Assembly (NCBI GenBank): GCA_008690995.1
Contig: VRMN01000001.1
Location: 1,488,001-1,552,000 of the forward strand
Origin: Porphyridium purpureum
Taxonomy: Eukaryota
DNA: 64,000 nt
Direction of reading: 5' to 3'
The notes beneath the pieces are model-generated. The model was not told the DNA's origin and did not search any database. It saw only the letters and a list, made by a program, of their open reading frames with translations. The translations under genes and the position numbers were made by a program. This document shows positions 18,869 to 30,864 of this stretch, piece by piece; the stretch's first letter is position 1; the number at the start of each line of letters is the position of its first letter.

Positions 18869-20989
18869 CTAGCTCAAAATAATGCCCTTCACCGCACCAG
18901 AGCGATTGCGGATGCCGCCTTCGACCCAGCCCTCCCACAAGTCTTTCACCTTTTTGGGCTTGTACTGTGCCCTTTTCTTTGCCTCGGCGGATGACTCAAA
19001 GTCAATGTCCAATTCGTCCTCATCGTCTTCGTTCTCCCCGCTGACGATTGAGTAGCCTTCTACCACAACTTCGACGCCATTAATTGTCTCCGGGATCCTT
19101 CGCCGCGGCGCCGTCTTGGCTTCCAGCTTTTTGACTGCATCAATGTTGAAAATGACATCCTCTCGCTGCCGCTCAAACTCAATCGCGCCCTGCCTGGAAA
19201 AGTCGTACTCGAGCGGGTCGCCCTTTTTGTAAAACCCTTCGAACGGGTCCATGGTGCGAATGGACTTCATGCTACGATACGGGTCATACACCGCGTTGCG
19301 AAGGACGGCTTCAATACGCTCCGTCGCACGGATGTAAATCGTCACTTCCGCAGCCGACTTGCCGTTCATCGCAATCCATCCCAATCCTCCGAGCAACAAA
19401 TCCTGGGGCTTGAAAGACGTGTTGGGACTGATCGTGATCGTACGTAGGCGATCACGCTCGTCGTCACCAAGCCGCGTACGCGCACGCACCACGTCTTCTG
19501 CGTCCTCTGCGTCTTCTGTGTCCGATTGTTGGACCGTTTCTGATCCACTACCCACCGAACCTTCACCTCCCTCGGCACGGGCGTCTGCAGTTTTCATGAC
19601 TCGAACGGGCAAATCAATTTCCACGGGTGCCTGCCACAGTGCGAGTCGAAAGTCCCACACAGGAACGTCTGGCGAAGAGCGCTCAATCTCGATCCGGACC
19701 ACCTGGTGGTTCGGGTACCCAATGACGAGACACGTGCCTTCAATGAGCTTGAACTTTTCGGGCTCCATGGGAAGCGGATGCTGCAACGATAAGCGATTGC
19801 GCAACCACGGCACCGGCTGCGGAATTAGCCCCGGCGTATCCCACACCGCGTGATTCGGGCTGTCGAGGCACGGCAATCGAATCGACATGAGCGTGGTACC
19901 TGGCAGCGAGGATACGGTGGGCATAAGCCGGCCGAACGCCTTCTTGCGCCCCCAACCGCGCGGGTCAGTAAACTCGATGTGGCGGAAAAAGCAGTCTGCC
20001 AAGGCGCGCGAGAGCGTCGACTTGCCAATATTGGCGGCACCAATCACGTAGATCTGGCGCTCAGCGGCTTCAGTAAACTTGTACACGCTGCGGGCCAGCC
20101 GAAATACCCCGCTACCAGTTAGTCCGCTGATGGGGAAGACCTTGAGCACGTTGTCACCGTACTGGCGCATCGCGAGTTGCTGCCAATCGTCGAGCATCGT
20201 CCTTGTCACTTTTGGCAAGAGATCGCACTTTGTCAAGGCGATGAAGATCGGATTCGTGCCGACGATCGTGCTCATTTTTTGCCACGGAATAAATGAGCCC
20301 ACCGGGTCGGTCGCGTCCACGACGACCACGATGAGCACTTTTTTCCACTTTAGCGTGCGCAGCTGATTCTCAAAAATTCGCACGTCTACGTTCCCCACCG
20401 CCTCGCGTGCCTCATCAAACGAGGCGTCCTCTAGGCCCTGACAGCGAGGACACAGCTCGAGATCGTCCAGCTGGTGGTAGCGGTACGGACGCGTCGAGTC
20501 GGTGGTGGTTGCTTCGATGCTCTTGCCGCCAGACAGGTCGCCAATATACGCGCCACACCCAAAGCACAGCTTGACGTCCTTCCGCGGGTTGAGCTTGCCT
20601 AGCACCACCACGTTATGGCTCTCCTTCCCCGAGCGCGACGGCTGGAACCGCAGCAACTGGCCAGGCTTCATGTTGCCAAATTCATCCAGGTGGCCATTGG
20701 CCCCTTCGTCTTTCGCGTTCTTCCCCGCCCTTGCGCCCTTCCCCGTACCTTTCTGGCCTTGCGCCTTGAACTTTGGCCTTGAGTTTTGCTGATTTCCGCC
20801 TTGACCACCGCCCCGCGGGCGCGACGAGTATGCCGCATGCACGACAACAACAAGCTTGCGTTCGGCTTTCCTACCGGCCAGCGCGCGACGACCACATCGA
20901 CCAGGCGTCCAGCACCCGCCGCGCAAAACCCCCGCCTCACGCTCAATTCCCGTGCCCAGCGCGTGCACAAATCCCGCGGCGCCCGCCAT
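18869..20989 (-). CDS. YqeH/NOA1-family circularly permuted GTPase, probably plastid-targeted
   Basis: CFGC...CPRC Zn knuckle, then G4 TKCD, G5 SG, G1 GAANIGKS, G2 PGTT and G3 DTPG in permuted order. Transit-like N-terminus MAGAAGFV. Confidence 0.9.
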   Translation of the reverse strand: MAGAAGFVHALGTGIEREAGVLRGGCWTPGRCGRRALAGRKAERKLVVVVHAAYSSRPRGGGQGGNQQNSRPKFKAQGQKGTGKGARAGKNAKDEGANGHLDEFGNMKPGQLLRFQPSRSGKESHNVVVLGKLNPRKDVKLCFGCGAYIGDLSGGKSIEATTTDSTRPYRYHQLDDLELCPRCQGLEDASFDEAREAVGNVDVRIFENQLRTLKWKKVLIVVVVDATDPVGSFIPWQKMSTIVGTNPIFIALTKCDLLPKVTRTMLDDWQQLAMRQYGDNVLKVFPISGLTGSGVFRLARSVYKFTEAAERQIYVIGAANIGKSTLSRALADCFFRHIEFTDPRGWGRKKAFGRLMPTVSSLPGTTLMSIRLPCLDSPNHAVWDTPGLIPQPVPWLRNRLSLQHPLPMEPEKFKLIEGTCLVIGYPNHQVVRIEIERSSPDVPVWDFRLALWQAPVEIDLPVRVMKTADARAEGGEGSVGSGSETVQQSDTEDAEDAEDVVRARTRLGDDERDRLRTITISPNTSFKPQDLLLGGLGWIAMNGKSAAEVTIYIRATERIEAVLRNAVYDPYRSMKSIRTMDPFEGFYKKGDPLEYDFSRQGAIEFERQREDVIFNIDAVKKLEAKTAPRRRIPETINGVEVVVEGYSIVSGENEDDEDELDIDFESSAEAKKRAQYKPKKVKDLWEGWVEGGIRNRSGAVKGIILS

Positions 20990-22245
20990 CCCGTCTCACC
21001 TCGCACACACTCAGACACAAGCGACACACACACTCTCTCTCTCTCTCTCTCTCTCTCTCTTGCTCTCCCAGCCACCGCGCCGCGCAGCAGCCGCTCAACA
21101 TCGGCACGCTCCCGCGTAAATCGGTTTAAAGCAGTTGTGTTTAACGGTTTATCGGCGAATGCCATGTGGTGGCGGTGCGCGTGCTTGGAGGACATGCTGC
21201 GCCTGTCCGCGGCGGCCGCATGGACGCTAGATGCGCGGCGCGGCGTGCGAACCAGCTGCGCGCGTCCGAAACGCACGCAGCACGCCTGCCTCGAACGCGC
21301 GCGGCCCGCATAGCTTGGCGGCGCATCCATGCTCCCGAGCGCCGCACCAGCCACATTCGTCGTGTCAACGCGGCCGCAGCCCGCACCGCGCCGCGCCGCG
21401 CGCAGATACACACGCATGCGGTGTTCTTGGCTGCCGCGTCGCACGCACAATCATCCCCACAGACCACAACTCACACACAAACAAACACACACACCACCAC
21501 CACCGCAGCACCGCGCCCAGCCGCCAACCATGTCATCCCGCATCCCTAATATTTCATCTGTCATCATTCAAGTCACGTACCACATCGGGGCTGTTTACTT
21601 ATGATCCGCACGCACCGTCATCCCTGGCTTGCTGAGGTACAGCATGACTGTACTAAGGGTGTCGTGAGTGGCAGCGCAGCGTGGCCACCACGCGACGTGT
21701 CATAGCAACGCGCGCAGATTTAGTAGAGACGTGCAGCGGGTGTGTTTTCTTCTTTGCGGGGCGTGCCAAAGTGGCGCACTGTTAGTTGAAGCGGCTGCGA
21801 GGGTACAAGACGGGGACATGCGAAGGTGGTGCGCTTACGGACGTGTTAGAACGTGCGCGCTGGTGATATACGCAGGCTGCTCGCGTATCGGCGTGGCCAG
21901 CTGAAGGGGAAGCGTGGAAATACGGGGGCCGCACGTAGCCGACACTCGGTCCGTCCCGCGTGTGTCGCTGCTGCAAAAGCACGGCGTGGTCGATCGCTCG
22001 CACGTGGCTGAAGCTAAAGTCGCACGAGGCCGGGGAACGTCCCACGGGGAGACGCGTAGGAACCGAGTCGGTGCGTCTGGGTGGGGTGTTGGGTTCGCGG
22101 CGTGCGCGGCGCTCGGGAGCGGAGAGGGTGGCACCAGAATAGGGGCTGTGCGGCAACGGGTGCGAAACGTAGTTTTGTGCAAACGTTCGTCTCGCACGCG
22201 TCGGCATTAGGACGAGGCGTGAGTTTGCCCGCCGAGCTTGCAGTC

Positions 22246-22698
22246 ATGGCAGGACTGCCAAAGCGGATTCAGAAGGAGACCGAGCGGCTGCAGGCAGAGC
22301 CGGCGCCCGGGATCTCAGCGGTGCCACACGACAATAACCCGCGCCATTTCAATGTGATCATCAACGGGCCCAACGAGTCGCCGTACAGTGGCGGCATCTT
22401 TAAACTCGAGCTGTTCCTGCCGGAAGACTACCCGATGGGCCCGCCCAAGGTGCGGTTTCTCACGCGCATCTACCACCCGAACATCGACCGCCTGGGAAGA
22501 ATATGCCTAGACATTCTGAAGGACAAGTGGAGCCCTGCGCTGCAGATCCGCACGGTGCTGCTGAGCATCCAGGCGCTGCTCAGTGCGCCCAACCCGGACG
22601 ACCCACTGAACAACGAGGCCGCCGATCGCTGGAAGAAGGACGAGCAGCAAGCCATCCAGACCGCCAAGACCTGGACCGCGACGTACGCGAGAGAATAA
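22246..22698 (+). CDS. UBC13: Ubiquitin-conjugating enzyme E2 N
   Basis: [52 protein letters not shown]. Confidence 0.98.
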   Translation: MAGLPKRIQKETERLQAEPAPGISAVPHDNNPRHFNVIINGPNESPYSGGIFKLELFLPEDYPMGPPKVRFLTRIYHPNIDRLGRICLDILKDKWSPALQIRTVLLSIQALLSAPNPDDPLNNEAADRWKKDEQQAIQTAKTWTATYARE

Positions 22699-23165
22699 TA
22701 AAGGCATGCGCGTGCCAATCTCGCGGCACGCCTCTGAGCGCGCGCGTGCCCGCAACGCTATGCATCGCCCACAAACCTGTCCAAGCACTGCCTCTCCTGC
22801 CTGTGTCCACACGCCACCGCGCTCTCCATCCGGGTCTTCATATGTAAATCGCCCTGTTTCAGTATGCTCGGGGCCCGAACGCAAACGCGGCTGGCACGCG
22901 GTTTCGCAAGCGCGTAGATGTTGGGGAAGCAGGGCAGACAGCGAGGGGCGGAAGAAAGGTGGACCCGCGCGACAGATAGACAGACCAGGGGGGAGGCGGG
23001 TGAGGGGTTGCGTTCGCGCTGTCTGTTGCGGCCGTGCGTGTTCGTCCGCCGGTGCAGGAGGAGCTGATCGGATCGCGTGCCGAGCGACGGCAGATTCGAC
23101 ATCCATCGCGTGCACGCAGACAACCAAGCTGAGCGCGCGCGTGTTCTTCAATCGAGCGGGTCAGC

Positions 23166-25484
23166 ATGGACTTTTCGCAGCTGGAAGATATCGATGGCTG
23201 CCGCTGGTCGTGGCTGGTGTGGCCGTGGTCGCGGCTGGACGCCACGCGCTGCGTCGTGCCGTTCGGCTGCATGTACACGCCGCTGCGGCAGCTGCCTCAG
23301 ATGCCGCCGCTGTTGCCGTACGAGCCTGTCACGTGCCGCGGCGCGTCATGCCAGGCAGTGCTTAACCCGTACTGCCGGATCGACGTCCGGTCCAAGATCT
23401 GGGTGTGTCCCTTCTGCATGCAGCGGAACGCGCTACCTGCTCACTACGCCGATATTTCCGAGACAAACTTGCCCGCGGAGCTCATTCCAAACTTCACAAC
23501 GGTAGAGTACGCGCTGCCGCGCCAACCGGCGCCGCCGCCTGTCTTTTTGTTTGTGCTTGACACGTGCCTGCGTGAGGATGAGCTTGCGGTGGCCAAGGAG
23601 TACATTGTCAAGTCGCTTGCGCTGCTCCCGCCCGAGGCCTACGTAGGGCTCATCACATTTGGACAGAATGTGCACGTTCATGTGCTGGCAGACGCCGAGT
23701 GCTCGCGCGCCTACGTGCTCAAGGGCGAGAAGGAGTACACAACCCAGCGCATTTCCGAACTGCTCTCGTTGGGCTTTGCCGGCGGGCGCGGCGTCGCGAC
23801 GTCGACCGGAATGAGTGCAGGTGGCGCGCCAAACAAGCCGACAGAAACGTCCACAGCATACGGCGCTGCGCGGTTCCTGCAGCCGCTGTCGGAGAGCGAG
23901 TTCATTCTGACGTCGCTGCTCGAGAACACCAAGCCAGATCCATGGCCCGTGCCCGCACAAGAGCGCGCGCGCCGTGCAACGTGCACGGCGCTGTCAATTG
24001 CTGTGGGACTGCTGGAGAATTCGCATGCCAACTTTGGTGCGCGCATCGAGTTGCTTGTGGGTGGGCCGTGCACGGTGGAGCCGGGCAAGGTGGCAGGCCT
24101 CAAGCTGGACGACATTTTGCGTTCACACAATGATATTGAAAAGGAGCAGGCACCATACGTAAAGAAGGCACTAGCGGCTTACGAGGCGATTGCGGCGCGC
24201 GCAGTGAATGCCGGACACACAATTGATATCTGGGCGTGCGCGCTGGATCAGGTGGGATTGTATGAGATGAAGAGCTGCGTAGATCGCACCGCCGGTATGT
24301 TTGTGTTGGCCGAGAGCTTCAATCATCCCATGTTTAAGCGCAGCTTTGAGATGTTCTTTGCGCGCGACGAGAATGACCACCTGATGCTGCACTCGCAGGC
24401 AAGCCTGGACGTGCTGACCAGTCGCGAGATGAAAGTTGCCGGGTGCATCGGGCCTGTCGCAAGCTTGAACAAGGCATCGCAGTACGTATCGCAGGAGCTT
24501 GAGATCGGGATTGGTGGTACCTCCGCGTGGCGGTTGTGTTCCATCGACCCGGCCACCACCCTTGGCGTCTACTTTGAAATCGTGAACAACCACAACACGC
24601 CCATGCCAGAGGGTCAGTATCGGTACGTGCAATTCATCACCAAATACCAGCATTCGTCAGGCCAGTATCGAGAGCGTGTTAGCACGCTCGCCGGGCGGTG
24701 GGCAGATGGCTCGAGTTTGGCCGATATTGGTTCGGGTTTCGACCAGGAAGCAGCGGCCGTGCTCATGGCACGCATGGCCGTGTACAAGACCGAGAATGAG
24801 GAGGCGTTCGATATTTTGAGATGGCTCGATCGCATGTTGATCCGGCTTTGTGCGCGCTTTGCTGATTACCAAAAGGACGAGCCAGAATCGTTCAATCTCA
24901 GCGCCAACTTTTCGCTATACCCGCAATTCATGTTCAACTTGCGCCGCTCGCAGTTTTTGCAGGTGTTCAACTCGTCGCCGGACGAGACAGCGTACTACCG
25001 CTCGTATCTCAATCGTGAGAACACGCTCAACGGCTTGCTGATGATCCAGCCAACGGTCATGTCATACACGCTGGGCGCGCCGCCCGTGCCTGTTCTGCTG
25101 GACATCACGTCGGTAAAGAAGGACGCCATCCTTATCTTGGACACGTTCTTCTTCATCATTGTTTTCTGCGGTAGTACCATCGCGCAGTGGCGCAAGGCCG
25201 GGTATCATAACGATCCCAACCATGAGAACTTTCGAAATTTGTTGCAAGCACCGCAAGATGATGCCGCCGCGGTGCTGGATGAGCGCTTCCCGTATGCGCG
25301 TTACATTGAGGCGGATGAAGGCGGCTCGCAGGCGCGCTTCCTGCTCGCCAAGCTGAACCCTTCGGTCAACCACCACAGTGCGAATGGTGGCTACGGTGCG
25401 GGCGAGAGCTTTGTGTTTACAGACGACGTTTCGCTTGGCGTTTTCATGGAGCATCTGAAGAAGCTAGCCGTTGCTTCGCAGTAA
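23166..25484 (+). CDS. SEC23: COPII coat protein Sec23
   Basis: N-terminal Zn finger (LNPYC...WVCPFC), [32 protein letters not shown] and TDDVSL. Confidence 0.98.
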   Translation: MDFSQLEDIDGCRWSWLVWPWSRLDATRCVVPFGCMYTPLRQLPQMPPLLPYEPVTCRGASCQAVLNPYCRIDVRSKIWVCPFCMQRNALPAHYADISETNLPAELIPNFTTVEYALPRQPAPPPVFLFVLDTCLREDELAVAKEYIVKSLALLPPEAYVGLITFGQNVHVHVLADAECSRAYVLKGEKEYTTQRISELLSLGFAGGRGVATSTGMSAGGAPNKPTETSTAYGAARFLQPLSESEFILTSLLENTKPDPWPVPAQERARRATCTALSIAVGLLENSHANFGARIELLVGGPCTVEPGKVAGLKLDDILRSHNDIEKEQAPYVKKALAAYEAIAARAVNAGHTIDIWACALDQVGLYEMKSCVDRTAGMFVLAESFNHPMFKRSFEMFFARDENDHLMLHSQASLDVLTSREMKVAGCIGPVASLNKASQYVSQELEIGIGGTSAWRLCSIDPATTLGVYFEIVNNHNTPMPEGQYRYVQFITKYQHSSGQYRERVSTLAGRWADGSSLADIGSGFDQEAAAVLMARMAVYKTENEEAFDILRWLDRMLIRLCARFADYQKDEPESFNLSANFSLYPQFMFNLRRSQFLQVFNSSPDETAYYRSYLNRENTLNGLLMIQPTVMSYTLGAPPVPVLLDITSVKKDAILILDTFFFIIVFCGSTIAQWRKAGYHNDPNHENFRNLLQAPQDDAAAVLDERFPYARYIEADEGGSQARFLLAKLNPSVNHHSANGGYGAGESFVFTDDVSLGVFMEHLKKLAVASQ

Positions 25485-26485
25485 GCGCCTGAGCGCGCTG
25501 AGCGCAGTGCGCTGTGGGTGGAGCTGACGCAGCGCTCACGGAATCCAACAAAAATGTAAATCATCCTAGGCGTTCTTGTATGTTCATGGCTGCAGATTCT
25601 ACAACTCTTAAGAGTTTTGCAGAAACTCTCTGACCTGGCATGCCTGGCTGGTGCCTCGTTGAACGTTCGCGCGCGCACTCTGTGTCGTGGCGCTCCCTTT
25701 TGGTATTGTGAGAAGCAATATTCACCTGTGTGTGGGAACCACCCCCAGCTTGACAGGTAGAAAGGAGAGGAACAAAACTGACGCCGTGCGAACTTGCATA
25801 TCAGTTTAGAGTGCCCCTACAGTACGACATGCTTTGTTCGCACGACGGACAATGGCATCGCCACTGCCATCACCACCGTGGTTGCAAAGCATGCTCACGC
25901 ACGCTAATCGCTCATCCACACGGCGCCCTGTAGCGTCGAATGGTTTTCGCTCTGGAACGGTGTGGCCGGACCGGGCTCTTGACTAAAACCTTCACACGCG
26001 CTCTGGCGTCGTCCGTGATGCGAACGAGCGAGGCACGTGGCTCGCTGTCTCGCCAGTTTCGCTCACGTCGCGCCGCCAGTTTGGTGCAGCGTCGGGACGC
26101 GAGCGCGCGCTTGACAGAGACGAGGCATGACAGCACATGTGTGGCAAGCGATGTTCAGTCGGCGACTGATGCTGTGTACGCACGAAAAGTAGGAGCCGAA
26201 CGCGGCTGGTGTACGCGCTCCGCAGCGCGCCGCAATCTTGAACGCGCAGCATCTCAAGGTTGAGCGTGTTTCCAAACGTGAACTCGTGCAATTCTTGCAG
26301 TCGGTGGCAAGGCGCAGTGCAGCAGGAAGTGCTCCGCGCTGCGGATGCGTGCTTGGGTTAAAGAGGCCGTGATGCGCACGCAGCGACGGAAGACGCGCGC
26401 CACAGGGCCCCCACGCGAGTTCGGATAAAAAGTGGAGGAAGAGTTGGCGGGTTCGTGGAACGAGACAGGGTCGAGGCCAGAGGCG

Positions 26486-28579
26486 ATGGCTGACATTCAG
26501 CAGCACAAGTCTGCGGATACGCCTACCGTGGCGGCGAATGCGGACACAGAAGCGGCGGAGAACGCCGACCATGTTCAAGAAAACGGCCCGCCGCAGAGCG
26601 GATTCGCTAGTGTTATTATTGAAAGTATGACCCAAAATGGCATGACGTGGTGCGAGCAGTTCATGGCCTCGTCGGAGCGCATGGAGGCCGCCACGGGCAC
26701 CGATCGTAGAGCCGCATCGACAGCTGCTTCAGCTGCTGCCGCCATCGCATTGACAGCGCCCGATTCAACTGACAGTCATGCTTCAGATGAGTACGAAGAA
26801 TACGAAGCGCTTCACCGCGACTTGACCTGCAACATGGAATTCATGGAGGCTCTCAAAGACGACGCTGCGATCTGTGGCACCGAGCTGGAGGACCTGACTG
26901 ACACGGACGAGTTGTTTGGCGAGTTTGCGCAGCGCCATTCCCCCGGGTCATCTTTCTCAGCAGGCAGTGAAAGCGCTATCCAGCTGGACATCAATCGCAC
27001 TGCGCACGGCAAGAGTCACTCGGGCAGTATGGAAACGCTGAGTTTTCTTTCGTCCACCAGCAGTCTAGCACTGCGCAAGGCAGCCAAAGCTGCAAGGCAG
27101 GCTGTCACATCTGCGAGGATACCATCTGATGGTCTTGCTTCGGAGGCGAGCCAAGAGAATGCAGCGAAAGCCAAAGATCCCAGCCAGTTCTTTCCCGAAG
27201 GCTACCATCCGCACGATGCTAAAGTGCTTGTCAGCTATAGCAACGCAGCGTACTGCCGTGTTCATGTGAACTCGACGCTCAGTGAATGCCATTGCAAGCG
27301 CATCGATGCAGCGCCGGACTTTGTAGTCATCACAGACATTCGCAACCCTAAGACGCAGGCACACGCCTATGTTGGCTACAGCGTGCAGCGCATGGCATTT
27401 ATCGTTGCGTTTCGCGGTACGGCCAATCTGCGAAACTGGATTAGCAATCTACAATGCACGCACGACAAGGTGGCTTTCCTTGAAGGCAAAGCATCGGACG
27501 GGGCGCTTGTTCATTCGGGCTTTGCATGTCTGTACGCGTCGGTTCGAGATGCCATCATGGACGCGTCGGTCAGATTCAGGAACAAGTTGGACGGTGTTCT
27601 TCCCTTTCATCAAGAGTTGGCTGCGTCCTGGGCAGAGGACCCTTCAAAATACAACCCGTTTAGGATTCTTGTGACAGGTCACTCGTTAGGCGGCGCACTC
27701 GCCACGCTGTTTGCTCTTGACCTCAAAGTTTCTTGTGGTATCGACTCGGAAGTGTACACATTTGGCCAACCACGCGTTGGAAACAAGGCGTTTGCGCGCT
27801 TCTACAATTCAGAAGTGCCCCAAACGTTCCGAATCATCAACGACTGGGACGTTGTGCCCCATCTGCCTCTACGCAAGGCCGGCTTCCATCACTGTGGTCA
27901 AGAAATATGGTATCGCACGCGCGCACAAGACGATAGCAAGAAGGCAGGCAAGAATATGAGCAAGACGCTGATCGCTCTGCCCCAACCAAAAGCGGCAAGT
28001 GGAGGCGGTCTGTTTGCGCAATTTCAAGAGATCGACCTCGACTCTGAAATTCCATTTATTGGATGCGCGGCTGACAACGTGAACCTGACCAAGCTAAACG
28101 TGCTCGACCACCGTCTTTATTGGTCTCGTCTGACGGGGAATCGCAAGCTTCGCGGGGAGAAGCCGCCAACGGAGCGGGTGTATGTCGATGGCGTCATGGT
28201 CAAGTGCGTCAGTGAGACGATTACGGACTTGGTGACGCGGCGCACAGACGTTGTGACACTTCTGTTTGTGTACTCTCTCTTCTGCGCCGCGTGCATAATG
28301 GTGCAACCAAAAGTGGTTCAATTCGGGAAGAACCTACGTGCGGCTGATCTAGAATCGCGCCTTCAGCTTGCGTGCATCCACGGCAGCTGGAACGACCTAC
28401 CCGATGAGTATGAGTTTGCGAGCTTCCCCTGTTTTTACGTGGTCGAGCCAGGCAAGAGCCCCGTACGCTTTGTTCTTCCCTCGCCGGACATTCGACCTGT
28501 GCTTGAATATGCCGTGCGTGCAGCGGGTGTGGAAGCCTTTAGCGAGCAGCTCCTCCATAGCAAAGCGCCGAAGAAGTAG
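26486..28579 (+). CDS. Class 3 lipase fused to a C-terminal thioredoxin-like domain
   Basis: AFRGT, VHSGF, GHSLGG, YTFGQPRVGN, DVVPHLP and DH. C-terminal YSLFCAAC...WNDLP...SFPCFY. Confidence 0.85.
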   Translation: MADIQQHKSADTPTVAANADTEAAENADHVQENGPPQSGFASVIIESMTQNGMTWCEQFMASSERMEAATGTDRRAASTAASAAAAIALTAPDSTDSHASDEYEEYEALHRDLTCNMEFMEALKDDAAICGTELEDLTDTDELFGEFAQRHSPGSSFSAGSESAIQLDINRTAHGKSHSGSMETLSFLSSTSSLALRKAAKAARQAVTSARIPSDGLASEASQENAAKAKDPSQFFPEGYHPHDAKVLVSYSNAAYCRVHVNSTLSECHCKRIDAAPDFVVITDIRNPKTQAHAYVGYSVQRMAFIVAFRGTANLRNWISNLQCTHDKVAFLEGKASDGALVHSGFACLYASVRDAIMDASVRFRNKLDGVLPFHQELAASWAEDPSKYNPFRILVTGHSLGGALATLFALDLKVSCGIDSEVYTFGQPRVGNKAFARFYNSEVPQTFRIINDWDVVPHLPLRKAGFHHCGQEIWYRTRAQDDSKKAGKNMSKTLIALPQPKAASGGGLFAQFQEIDLDSEIPFIGCAADNVNLTKLNVLDHRLYWSRLTGNRKLRGEKPPTERVYVDGVMVKCVSETITDLVTRRTDVVTLLFVYSLFCAACIMVQPKVVQFGKNLRAADLESRLQLACIHGSWNDLPDEYEFASFPCFYVVEPGKSPVRFVLPSPDIRPVLEYAVRAAGVEAFSEQLLHSKAPKK

Positions 28580-28807
28580 TCCTGCGTGTGAAGTTTGTGG
28601 ATACGCCCACGAGCGCGGTACGCTCACCAAGTGCCGATGCATGGTGCAAATGAACATTTTCCGCGTCACCTTGCTTTCTCCAGCTTTATTATGGTGCTCC
28701 CCGCACGCTCATTATTTTTCGAGTCCTCTTCAGCCTTTATCATTGGCGGCTCCAGCAGCGCTCGCAATTCGTCTTGGTGCGTGATTGGCGCAGCGAATCG
28801 GATTGGG

Positions 28808-29266
28808 ATGGCGTTCATTGGAGCCAGTACGGGAGCGGGGGCCCAGGCACAGCCGTCAGGCGTTGCACGGCGCTCTCGTGCTGTGCAAATGTGCGCGAAC
28901 GCAGACCCGCCGAGGCCGCGCGCCGTGGTTGCCGGATGGGCTGTTGCGGCGGCACTGTTGGTCCACGGCGCCGGGTCTCACGCGGCGCTCGCGGCGGCCG
29001 AACCAGTGTCGCGCGGTGCGCAGATCTTTGAGAGTAATTGCGCCGCGTGTCACCTCGGCGGGGGTAACATCCTGCCATTCGCGCGCTCCAAGACGCTCAA
29101 GAAGCCGGCGTTGGAAAAGGCCAAGTTGTACGAGAAGGATGCTATGGTGGAGTTTGTGAGCGCTGGCAAGGGCGCGATGCCGTCATATAAGGACAAGTTG
29201 GAGAGGGCCGACCTGGATGAAGTGGCGGAGTTTATTTTGACGCGCGCTGCCGAGAACTGGAAGTAG
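28808..29266 (+). CDS. Nucleus-encoded cytochrome c6-like protein with a bipartite plastid/thylakoid targeting sequence
   Basis: GAQIFESNCAACHLGGGN, KTL and GKGAMP. N-terminus MAFIG followed by a hydrophobic stretch ending in ALA/AAA. Confidence 0.92.
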   Translation: MAFIGASTGAGAQAQPSGVARRSRAVQMCANADPPRPRAVVAGWAVAAALLVHGAGSHAALAAAEPVSRGAQIFESNCAACHLGGGNILPFARSKTLKKPALEKAKLYEKDAMVEFVSAGKGAMPSYKDKLERADLDEVAEFILTRAAENWK

Positions 29267-29621
29267 CTGACGGTTCTTTGATCGTCCCGCTCCGCGGTCC
29301 GCACAAGATTCTTCACTCATTCGCTACGCGATCAGAATGAAAAACATAATCAGGCTTGGATAATGATAGGTCAGTGATCGCTCTGCGCTCCGACCGATCG
29401 GCGTTCGCCTTGGCTTTTCCAGCATCTCCCAAACTTACGGACAAGCACCATGTATCTCCCCGGCCATTGGGTTCTTTTCCATACCCGGTCGGGGTCGTAA
29501 ATGCAGTGCTAGAGCAAACGAAGTATCACGCGAGGATTGTCTGGTTCGTGTTTCTATTCCATGAAATTCCGGATCCTTAAATCAAAACTCGTACAACTCA
29601 TGGTGTTGGCTGGCGTCCTCT

Positions 29622-30554
29622 TCACCCCGACACCGCATGCAGCACGCGCGCCAGAGTGTTGCCGATCAAAGCCTCGATTTTCAGCGTGCTCAGCGAATCT
29701 GCGCGCGTCGGCCCGCTCGTGAGAATCGCCACACCGGCGTTCGGCTTTTCCTTCAGCAGGCTTTTGACGAGTCCAAACGCACTGTAGGTGGTCAGCGTCG
29801 AACCCACCACCAAGACGGCGCTGGCCTGGCGCATCTGTGCAGCGGCGCGCTCCTTTACGTGCGCCGGCACGGAGCCGCCGAAGAATACGACACCGGGCTT
29901 GAGCGTACCGCCCTTGCCACACGCACCGCACCGCGGCACCACGAACGACACGATATCGTGCTCATCCAGCCGAGCGTCGCCGTCTGGCCGCGCCAAGTGG
30001 TCGGCGTACTTTGCGGTCACGCTGGCCAACCACTGGGCGTTTGCCGTCATCATGTGCTCCTGCAATACCGCGCGCGACACGCGCTCGCCACAATGCAGAC
30101 ACTGTGCGTAGTGCACAGAGCCATGCAGCTCGAGGAGCTCGGCGTCAGGCAAGTGCGCCTGCTGCATCAAGCCATCCACATTTTGTGTGACATGGTGCAA
30201 GCCTGACCAGCCGCCACGGTGCAGTGCAGTCAAAGCGAAATGCGCCGCGTTGGGTCTTGCCTGGCGGACGCGCTCGTACCCAATACACGAGCGCGCCCAG
30301 TACCGCTGCCTCTTTGCCGGCAGCTTCATGAACTCGCTGTCTGTGATCGGCTTATGCACCGGCCTGGCGTGCGCATTGCTCCTATAATCTGGAATCCCAG
30401 CCGGCGGCTCGGTCGAAATCCCGGCGCCACTCAGCACCACCAACCGACCTGCGTGGCGCCGCACAAACGCCGCGAGCCGCTCCACCTCTTCGACAGTACA
30501 TTCCGCGCGCACGCCGACCGGAATACACGGCGCCGCCGCAGCCACCACCCGCAT
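29622..30554 (-). CDS. Class II sirtuin (SIRT4-like NAD-dependent deacylase)
   Basis: GAGISTE, GIPDYR, RQRYWARS, TQNVDGL, ELHGS, two CxxC pairs, RPDGD and LKPGVVFFG. Confidence 0.93.
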   Translation of the reverse strand: MRVVAAAAPCIPVGVRAECTVEEVERLAAFVRRHAGRLVVLSGAGISTEPPAGIPDYRSNAHARPVHKPITDSEFMKLPAKRQRYWARSCIGYERVRQARPNAAHFALTALHRGGWSGLHHVTQNVDGLMQQAHLPDAELLELHGSVHYAQCLHCGERVSRAVLQEHMMTANAQWLASVTAKYADHLARPDGDARLDEHDIVSFVVPRCGACGKGGTLKPGVVFFGGSVPAHVKERAAAQMRQASAVLVVGSTLTTYSAFGLVKSLLKEKPNAGVAILTSGPTRADSLSTLKIEALIGNTLARVLHAVSG

Positions 30555-30864
30555 CCATCCACACGCACGCACACTCCGAGCTTCTCCTCGTGCCAACCGC
30601 GTCGAAGCCAGTTCTCCAGGCGATTCGGCGCGAATAAACGTGTGGTGCGTGTGGGAAGGAGAGGAGGAAGGAGGAGGGAGACGGGAGAAGAAGGGGGAAG
30701 GGAGAGAGGACGGGGAACGCCGGCGTGGTGGTGCGGAGGGTCGCTTTCTCGCCGCCCGGAACGGTGCTGCGCGTTCTGCGATTGGCGGTGGGTGGAACTC
30801 TGTGTGTGTGTGTGTGTGCGGGGGGAGTGAGTGGGACTGAGGGGTCATCAGGGAGCGAGGGGCG

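Noticed and set aside
21560..21600. ATGATGA on the minus strand as a C/D snoRNA C box
   Set aside because: No suitably placed CTGA D box or terminal stem was found.
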